Shown here piece by piece: positions 1-10,200 of a DNA stretch of 20,000 nucleotides. The stretch's first letter is position 1; every line of letters begins with the position of its first letter. A program made the position numbers and the translations under genes. The DNA is from Catajapyx aquilonaris (lineage: Eukaryota): the NCBI GenBank assembly GCA_000934665.2, contig JYFJ02001466.1, positions 59,014 through 79,013 on the forward strand, in the 5' to 3' direction. A model generated the notes under the pieces. The model was not told the origin of the DNA. It made no database searches and saw only the letters and a list, made by a program, of their open reading frames with translations.

Positions 1-45
1 TGTCCTTGGACAACATAAAAAGTGGTACCACCATGGAAAACTGAT

Positions 46-60
46 GGGGGGGGGGGGGGG
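46..60. repeat. Poly-G tract (G15)
   Basis: 15 consecutive G seen directly. Confidence 0.9.
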
Positions 61-892
61 TTATTGCAACAAGTTTAATAAAAACCGTCCCAGAACTCGC
101 CTAATTGTTGCGGATTCCTTTGGGACGAGATGCAAAAAAAAAAGTGCGTTAACTAGATTCAACCAGACTAACTCCAGACTTGCATAAAAAAAGGAAGGTA
201 GTGAGAAACCAAACCAGATTCGCTTGTATGGCCATGAGAGTGCTATTTAAAAAAGGTATAGAGTGACCGAGAGCTAGAGTGAAATTCAAGGGCAGTGTGT
301 ATATGTTTTAAAATAAGTTAATGATATTAACACGCGATGGAATTCAGTTCCATTGCCTCTATTATTATTGTTCTACTGAAACGGTAACCTTCATGCAACG
401 GTAGGTGACAATTTTTTTTATAAAAAAAATCTCTCATGCGCAGCTAAGAACTCTCAATGTCAGCACATTTCTCGGCTGGTAATTGCTGAAATAACAAATT
501 ATATAATTGCAAAATTCATCGCGGATGTGAAATACTTAACTTTTTCCTTGTCATATGCTATAACCGAAGAGCACCGTTCTTCGTTATATGAAACTATGTG
601 TGCATTTAAACACCCGCGGGCTTCGATTCTCAAGTTATAATTACGCTGTCTACTTCCTCAGAGGGCGTGGAAAATGGTACATGTTGGCAAAAACTGTGTT
701 CAAAACCACCATTCATATCTTTAGATCTGGTTCTGGCTCTGATAAAAACTGCTCGCATATATTTCTGACACGTGTAGGAGTTATCCTTCAGAATTGTGGT
801 ATAGACCTATATCCTAGTGTTTCTATATGTATAGTAAGGCCCTTGGCTTTTCGTGTTCTTGTAACCGTACGTATAAAAGTCCAATTATATCT

Positions 893-1068
893 TGCGTCAT
901 CAATGGGAATGCACGTCAGGAGGTCTACTCATCAAATTAGTCCGTGAGAATGATCATATCTGCGGGCAAAGGTGGCTGGCATTCACGTGGACCATCTCTT
1001 GATTACTAAGTCATCGACCCTTGCGTGTATAACGATGACGCAGTGATTCACGTCATTAAAACACGTCA
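893..1068. promoter_or_regulatory. Cluster of CRE/ATF-type (CGTCA, CACGTCA) sites and an E-box just upstream of coding exon 1
   Basis: CACGTCA at 912, 1049, 1062; TGCGTCA 893; TGACGCA 1036; CACGTG 984. Function is inferred. Confidence 0.35.
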
Positions 1069-1188
1069 CTAGTGAGAGTCGACTTCCTAAAAATGGACCT
1101 CTTTTTTTTCATTAACGCATGCTATCTTTTTTTGTGTGTACCTGCAAAAGAAAGACGCTTAACTAATCCTTTCTCTCTCATGGCAGCA

Positions 1189-1286
1189 ATGGAGCATCCA
1201 AAGGACGTGACCAAACCTTCGATGGCACCTCTTCTTCAGCGCATCAGCCACACTCTCACAACCTCAATTCAGGGATGCTTTTACCG
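1189..1286 (+). CDS. Patched-related gene coding exon 1 (MEHPKDVTKPSMAPLLQRISHTLTTSIQGCFYR); alternative in-frame ATG at 1180
   Basis: Ends TTT TAC CG|GTCAGT (phase 2), which joins exon 2 G|TTG to give 'FYRLGWSIG', typical of Patched-family N-termini. Preceded by ctaat + pyrimidine tract + cag (1186), suggesting an upstream non-coding exon. Confidence 0.8.
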
Positions 1287-4200
1287 GTCAGTATACTATA
1301 TCCCATGTCCGAAAAAATGGCCCCATGCTTGTTATACACCCACTATTCTAGACACCAAAAACCTGCACCGGTTTGGAAACAGTTCACAGTCGTTCGCCAT
1401 AGTTGGTCAAGGTCGTCAACTGTGGGTGGATGGCCAAAATTTATGCTCTTCCTCTTCATGCATCGGATTGCACAAGTGCAACTGTCCTCAAAGGTCCAAA
1501 GTCCTCCTTAGGACAATCATGCACACACACAGGGGTACAACAACAAAAAAAAGAGAGTGGTGTAATTACAGGCGTCCATTTCGGTTTCCACAATGCTTTC
1601 GCTGCGGTTGTCATTTGGGCTGTCCGGTACAGAAAGGGAGTTGGGTCAAGGCGGGGTCAGCCGCACGTCAAAGTTACGAAAGGAACTGCTTGTACAGGGT
1701 GTACGTACCGCAGTTTTCCGCAGAATAAATCATGTGATGCGATTATTTTTTTTCTTCAAACCGCTTACCTTGAAGATGGAGGAGGATGTGGCTTTTTTCG
1801 ACGTTTAGAAATTATAGAGAAAAATGTGGTTACAAGCTGTCATTGACACACTGTTTGAATATTTAATCATCAAATCGTCATTATCACCTTGCATGATGTG
1901 TAGGGCAGCAACACCTTTGTGAAATAATTCATTGCATTTGAAACTAGAAGTACGAACTGTAATTCTTGATGGTTATATAAAATTAAATTAATGCAGGCAT
2001 TATTACTGAAGGACATTCAGTAACGTGCTATTCATTTTATATGCAAAAAATAGTGAAGCTTTGACATGCTTCATAGTGAATCACGCAATTTGAAATGTGC
2101 AGACTCATGCAAAGTGCGATTTTTATTTCAAAATCCTTTAAATTCCATGTCATCAGGCGGTTCACCAACGCGTGAAAATATGCTGGTCACACACAAGCAA
2201 TGTTTCAATTGTATTCCCGTGCTTGGATATTAAGAGTGGGAAATTTTTTAGATGCTACGTAGGAGATAAGGAGCGCGCTAAAAATTTCGAGCTTCGGATA
2301 CTAGGACAAGCCTTTAAAAAAAAAAACTTGAATTGTCCAAGTCCTCGACATCTAACTTGAGGGCACTTTCTCAATTCTGGCTTGCAGCAAATCTGATCTG
2401 TACAGTGCATCTCTCCATAGCCCGTAGGTTATGAAATAGGCAGTCAAAAAGTGCTATCCAATACACTTTTTAGGTCCAAAAAAGACCATATCTTATCACT
2501 TTTAAAAAAAACAAGCAAGGAAAAGCACTATGTCCGGTATTTCCCCACAATCGCTTCCAAGGGTCGAAAAAACAACAAGAACAACAAGATGCCTCGAGTA
2601 CAAAAGTCGCCGTGTTTTTCCAGGACATGAAATTACACGTGGATCAGGATGACACATAATGTTGAGGACATCCGGGGCCAGAGTCCGGAGGTCCTCCCCA
2701 CGCGGTTTCAAATCTAGATTCAACATATCAGGTTGGTGATGCTGGAACTTTTGATGAATGGGAAACCGAAAAAGATAAAGGTCAATTGGTGAGGATTACT
2801 CAATAGTCCATTGTGGTATCCGATCTAGATCCGTTGGGACTGGACACGAAGGACATTGGGGTATTGGGAGGGGGATAATTTTCATTGTGAGGTTTGTCCT
2901 TTAATGCTTGGGCTGAGGCGGATTTTGTGTGATTGCCTGAGACAAAACAATCTAATTTATGCTCCACATGCTATGTCGTGCAGGGTTCAAAGGAAATAGT
3001 TGGGCCACAAAGGACTCTATGGGGCCTTCCAGACGGGCCGACCTTAGCCGCGGCCGGCACCGGCACCGGCCCCGGCACCGGCTTGCGGAGCCACGGCTGG
3101 CCACGGTACCCGTTCAGACGGGCACATATTTAATTTATTTGTAATAGTGGCCGGTAGTCATGGCAGCGACGAAAAACAAGTGACGCGCAGTATCCGTCGC
3201 CGAGGCCAAGCCGTGGCCAAGCAGCGAGCCAACTTCCAGGAAGTCGGCCAACTTGGCCGACTTCTGAACCGTGGCCTGGCCGTGGCCGTTGCCGTGTGAA
3301 CCGTCGCGGCCTCCACCGGCCGCGGCTGGCCGCGGCTAAGGTCGGCCCGTCTGGACGGCCCCTATATGTGGAACTATCCTTGATTTTTAACGCTACTGTA
3401 TATGCAGTAGTATAATGAATACCACTAATGAAAGGTAGTAATAGCCCATTGCAGTCCGTAGCATGAAGGACTTCACCTTTGACACGAACGGTGGAGGTAT
3501 ACCACACATTATATTGGGATAGGTTAGGATCAAAACTGCTGCTGTTATATAATTATTATGTAACTAAAATCTCTTGAATTATGCAAGGCACGAGTGAATG
3601 AAATTAATGATTCAAAGTATACAGTACACAGTTGAATTTTCACTTAATTGACAAAGTTTATTGCTTCTGTTCAAGGTTCCGACTTGCAGATGATGTATAC
3701 TGTGCAGTAATTAATATTGGGCTACTTGTGAGGCTAAAATGATGGCGGTTTATTGAGAAACGATTGTAATGAAAATCACAACACTAACATTCCATCTTTT
3801 TTCAAGACTGGTAGGCCACACATTCAAAGTGAGGATGCTGACAGAAATTAGCTAATTTGCATACACGTGGAAAGGGTTAAACCTTGAACTATTATCTGGC
3901 CTTGTTTTATTGCCCTCGTCTATATATTATTGTCAAGCGACTCTACATAGTGAATCACGCATCGGCCTATACTTGCTCTAACGAGCTACTTGTACTCGTA
4001 CTTCAAGTCTTTGTTACTTAAACTTGAGGTCGCTTGCGTTGTTGCCTACTATATATACATATTGGTAAGGAATTAATTGTATGGTCAAGGCCAGATATGC
4101 GTGTCTGAAACTTCTGGACGAAAAGAAAAGTTTACTATTCAATTGTTTATCATTATAGGCCTAATACTACATTTCCAAGTGCCCGATATCGGCAACAGGA

Positions 4201-7200
4201 AATGTTCTGGGGGGGGAAAAAATTATACAGTAGTATTTATGAAACTTAAATCAGCTGCTACTCCTACCAGAAGTTGACTTATAAAACTGCTATTTGCAAG
4301 GGGTTAACCACTCGATTGTAAAGTGTACACTGGAGTACCAAATTCAAGGAGTACCAAGGAGTACCAAAGAGTAAAATACATCATGGGAATGTTTGAATCT
4401 CATAAGGAAATCTGTAAGGGTAAATGACAGTCTTAAATTTCGTAAAAATGTTTATAAACCGCACACAGTAGCATACACAAGGTAAACCAAGACTAACGTG
4501 TTATATAATTCAGAGTCAACACAGTTTCAACATCACATAATTATATGTCTACTACGCTATATAAAATCACTTAACTATATAAGTCGTATTGCTGTTGGTC
4601 ATGGGATTTAATGACAGGATGGCAATGAAGAGTTTCCTTTTATAGCTATGTCTTTCCTTTAACGGTACTAATAGCAGTGCGCAATCAGTATAATATCAAT
4701 CTGAATTTTTTTGAAAGTATACTGCAACACCATAATACAGCGATATACGAATGCATGTGCAGCACCCACGATATCCGTCACGATGGAATGATCCTGTATT
4801 GTCAAAAATGCCTCCTCCGGAACAATAGGCAACTGACACTGCCTGAGGCCAGAGAAGTGCTTATTAGCTGTCTCCTTGAAGAATTTTATCACCAACGATT
4901 ATTTCTTTCATCGCTATATAACTGCATGTGCCACGCCTCTCTCTATTCTGCGCCCATACTCAGTGGTATTATTTGAGTCTTTCATAATATATGAGGCGAG
5001 AGATAATATATTGCAATTTCTTCAGTGTCCTACTTCCAGTTATGGCTGCCGTGATTAATTTCTGGCAAGAAATTTTCGTGGGTTGTTAATTTGCTGACGA
5101 GCTGACACGCTATTTTATCAACAGGAGCAATTATTATAAATTTGTGTAACGATTATATTTTGATTAGATGCGGCGCTCAAAAACTTTCGCGTAAAAACCT
5201 ATCCTAAGACCAGACGACGGACTCTACATTACCAGAAGGCTTCATTACACTCGAAGAATGGCAAAGGAGTCATCCTATTGAGTAGACAACAGTTGCATGA
5301 CACGATTCGCTGCCAAAAATAGTGAAACGAGGTGTTTCTCGCGAGCTTGTGAACCCACGACGATAATAAGCGAGTCATAAAATAAACCGCAGTAAGTTTC
5401 AACAGATCCCAATTTTTGAACGAGTCGGTGAAAATAGCAAGTTTTGTTCATTTTTTCCCACCCTATGTGGATGGCTAATATGAAATTGCCATTTGTGCCA
5501 ATTATGCACTGAATTTTACTCAACCCAAAAATACTGGCATAACTGAGACTTCAACAATTACGTAATTGTTATTAAGTAACAAGGAGCGACTTGCTCTATT
5601 CAAAACCGTTAGGCGTAATAACTTCAGGAGTACCTAGGTTAGCTAACTTCCAGGATGATACTCAAGGGCATTTGTATATGGTCAGCATGTAGAACTCGCC
5701 TGTCTTCAGCGTAAAACTAGATAGTGATTATTATGATTGTACAGTACGTATATCGCGTGTAATTTTCTCACAAGACCCGTGATATACTCGCAGCCAACAT
5801 GATGCAACCCTCACAACAGTACAGTACATTTGATTTATTTTTAACTGGTGTTTGTTTTGAAGCGTACTTACTTCAAACTAATCCTATGTTTGTAGCAAGT
5901 ATCAAGACAAAAAAGCTACGCAATTCCAAAGTAGTGACTATCCCAGGTCATTGTCTTGTGCGTCTACTTTCAGTGCATCCTGTGGCGCACTAGGACAAAA
6001 GGAGATTGGAAATTAAGTTGTTGCTAACATCTATTGACACCATGCAGGGAAACGTCATGTTCGATGTAATTATGACCAGAGATGACAATTGCTGCCGTAT
6101 CGCGCTTTTTCCCCCCATGTCTTTGTCCAGTGCACGCCCAAGTGCACGCAGGGTTAGCGACCGGAGAGAATTCGCGCTTCTTTATGTAAATTCTTCGAAA
6201 ACATTTAAGGAGTAGTGCCTACATGAGTTTGGCACAACTACACTATATCATCTTTAGCTGTAAACTGTAATTACTGAGATATGCCAATTCCAGGGTCAGT
6301 TACAGGTTAGATCCAGTTAATGCTAGGTGTGCTGGACATTGTTTCTTGCGAGAATCGCGGAACTATAGATGTTCTGCCCTTGAGGCACAGAAGAGTGTTC
6401 ACCCCAGCAGCAGGAATGAAGCCTGTTACCTGGATGGTCTTTTTATATCCAAACTGGATGGGGTGTGTGTATATATGCCTCTAAGGGCAGCTGAAATTCA
6501 CATGTAAATGTTGCCCGGGGAGGATATGCGGGGAAGTTTCGCCCACGATGTTTCGAGGAAGGTGGAGCAAGGTGAAAGGACAGCACACTTGGCTGCCCAA
6601 AAGTGTCCCAGTAATGGGGTCGGTGTTTGGGTAGGTCGTGATCAAGCGTGCAAGAAACAATGGTGTAATGTTGATGCCCTAAAATTTTTGTTAGATTCCA
6701 GTACACGTTGTTTACGCATTTTTTTATATATATAAGCCGGATTGCGCATGAGTGTCTGTAGAGGATTACCTCGACCTTTGAACAATTCTCCTTTTTTTGC
6801 CATATAGACGCTGATTAACTTTTACCTGAAAATATAAGGGCGGAGTGGGGCACTTGGCACCTCCCATTAAAATGCTGCCATGACTGGATATGGGAATATA
6901 GAGGCATGTGCCATTTCCAGGAAATTTTTACTGTAAGACACGACTTTCAGTAAATCACGTGACCACCTTCACTAATCAATCCGATGGAAATGAAGGCTAG
7001 TGGCACACACCGTTTTCATTTAATGAAATTACATGCTCGGAATGCAGAAAACAAATGTAATTTCAATCCTTGATTATTTATTATTAGATGACTCATTTCT
7101 TTTTAGATTAAAACGTTCCCACTTGGCATGTACAGGCTGCACCAGCATTTCCAGTTTTTGTAACTTGCAAGGCAAGATAATTATACAAGTGCATAAATAT

Positions 7201-10200
7201 TTTGCAGTAACACACATAAATTTTTTTAAAATTCTCTATGGGATCTTGCCCGATTTTTTTTTAAACATGTTACTTAATTGCGACAGCGCATGTTCGTGCT
7301 GTCGAGCTGCTGCGCACTCTATAAGTGGTAACGATATGCGTTTAAAAAATAATAAAGGAGAGACCTTCTCAATATTCGCATGCTTTTTACTATGGCCACA
7401 AGAGTCACGAGTCGTTAAGTCGTGCGGGTAAGTGTGAGGAAGGAAAAAAGGAGATTGTGTGGGTGGATGGTGAGGGGGGTTGGAGACAAGAGGTCCTTTC
7501 CCTGGCTACGTCACTCGAAATAGTGTGTGTCCATGTTTATGTGAAAGAGTTCGAGACAAAATTACGCGCCAATTGAATATATTGCGTAATTTAATTACTC
7601 GTCTGATATTATTCGTGCGATAATGACATTTGCTGAATTCTAGGCCGTTCGGTGTATTATCAAATTACTTAGGCAGATTACAAAATAAGCATCAGTAATT
7701 TATGGGTGCAATGCAACACTAACAGCATCGTCGCAACATATTTACTCACGTCCTAATTTCATAAAGCCAATGTTCCCATCACTGTAACGTGAGTCGGAAT
7801 CCATTTGTGCCTCCACAAGTCACAACAAAGCATCTGCAAATTTTACACGCAGTTTCATTATAGGGATTGGGCAATCGTTCAAGTGTACGAATGTGGCTGA
7901 TGAACTGCAAGAATAAACATTGCAAGTCATTCGGCGACGGATATACCAAACGAAGACAATGCATCGGGAGCTTCCAAGGACTTTTGATACCAATTGTTTG
8001 TTTCCCCTGATTTTCTTGGCTTTGACCGAGCACTTTGACTGTGAAGGATCAAACCGGAACCGTAGATGATTTGAATAATTTAATGCATGGAAAAACAGGT
8101 GCTTAACATAATTATGGTGTACCTTATAATTTCCCTGCAGACTGTAATTAAACGTAATTATAAAAGGAAATGGCGTCATTAGAGGTCAGGAGGGTAAAAT
8201 TATTCACAAAGTTCTGAACTCCGCACTGAATATATTTTATATCGCCAATACGCATATATACCCACCCACGCCAGAGCTAATACAATAACCCGTACGCCAC
8301 CTTGAAAATTACTGACCACCACAACACCATTTACGAAATTCACTAGCCCCCAGGGGACGGCATAAAACTACCCTCTTTGTGCCTCACTCCTATATGAGAA
8401 TATGACCACGAAAATAAACTGAAAGTGCTGGTTAATAAAATCATTAACTCGTTAGCACTGCAGGTTACGTGCGACAGTCTGCCGCAATACCTGAAGTTGC
8501 CTGCGTTTTAGAAAATCTTGACTGATGAAAAAGAAGGACATGTGCTGTCGTCACTGACATGAGAAAATTCACTTGATCCCATGTAATTTATTGCTGTTAT
8601 GTACTTAGGCGCGCACAAAAAAAATCTCTGACTAACCAGCCACCACATGACCCCCTGACGTCTCTCACCTGCTTAATATTAAAATTTTCTACATTAGTCA
8701 TATCTGATGTGACGATGCAGGCAACTAGCCAGAAAAAATTCCCCCACTCTATACTGGATTTAATATGGGTATTTATACTATAAGCTACTGTATTGTTATT
8801 TTTGCATACCGTACCCAACACCCGAAGACTATACCGTATATGCAGAAATCGCCTATATACTCTTGAGTAAAAACGTGACATTCCCAATAGAACCGTGCTA
8901 CTGAGGTACAATAGAGAGAATCTCAAGGTAGAAAATAAGCTTGTGTGTACGGAAGTGCACCGTACAATAATGAGGGTTCCCCGTCGTGCCCGGCAATTGC
9001 CGTCTTTTTTACATCAAGTGACTAATGACTTTGCACTTTTTCGAGTCGTGCCTGGAGCGGACTACATATACGAGACCTTTTGCGACCAAGAATAACATCC
9101 TCAATTTTCCTGCGCAATTTACACTCTACTTTCGGCTGGGCTGTTGGGGCAACATCCCAAATTCGTGACGTCTTGTGCACTATTGCAATGTAATACGGGG
9201 GCATCACTCAACCCGCTGATGAGGAAGATTAATTTGCCACTCCTGAGCCATAATTTACGTGAGAATTAAGAACGGACAGCATGACCTCAGCAGCTTTCGT
9301 TCGAATGGCAGACAACTACTAGGTACTGGAAGGAATAGCAATTACACTTCAAGAAGGAGGAAAAAAATGTGGGATAATACGTTTTTCCTTCTGTGTAATC
9401 GGTTCATGTAACATCGTACAATTTCAAGGTGTCTTCTGAATAAAAATCCGGGAGAGAATAACTGACCCAGCGCACCCCAAAACCTGAACTGAAATGGCTC
9501 ATGGATTAGGCAATTCGCAAATGTTATTCGCAAATGACCCAGTAAAGTGTGCGGGGAGAGAGAGAGCACCTAGAGGAGGAGAAGGAGGGAAATGTTGTAG
9601 CGCAAGTCATAATTTAGCACACGACCTTGCCTTTTTTCCAATTCCACAGCCGTGTCATGTATGTAACCGGTCAGAAGGCACGAAAAAAAAAAAATTCAGG
9701 GTTCGTTACGCGCTCAAAATTTAAAATGGAATTTTAAAAAATTATGCCACGCTCTTTAATAATAATATGAAACCAACATGTTCCGGGGGGAGGTCATTTC
9801 CGTGGAATCCGCTTTAATTGCAATTTCTCACCTGCAAGGTCACGAAACTGACGCATCCACTGACGCAATTTGTAGCCTGATAAAGGTGCCGAAAACATAA
9901 GCGACCCCCCACCCTCCCCGCATCTCTTCACATGCAATAATTGCAGGTGTGTATACGCAAGCCCTGCCCGCACTTCACGTGGCCATACTCTGTGTTTGGG
10001 ACCCCCGTATTTTACTTGACCCAAGGACAACGCCAAGTTAATGTGGTCAGGCATGCTGAACTTTCTCTTGATGTGCGGATGGAATGTTACCCAACCATTT
10101 TTTTTCTTTCCTTTTTTTTAAAATTCTAAAGTGTATACTATCCAGCAGGCAGGACAACAATGCAAACAATGTCCATTGCCGTAATCGAATCCCGTGAATA

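Noticed and set aside
588..947. 119-aa ORF upstream of exon 1
   Set aside because: Composition typical of random AT-rich sequence and no recognisable homology.
2933..3507. Arg/Gly/Pro-rich ORFs on both strands
   Set aside because: They arise from the GC-rich, stop-poor MITE; no transposase motifs.
3871..4308. AAGGGTTAA / AAGGGGTTAA piggyBac-like right ends (~3872, ~4298)
   Set aside because: No matching TTAACCC left end with an extended inverted repeat found nearby.
4677..4976. 99-aa ORF with C-x-C...C-x2-C spacing reminiscent of a PHD finger start
   Set aside because: GTG start, lacks the following H/C ligands, and no convincing splice sites; probably chance.
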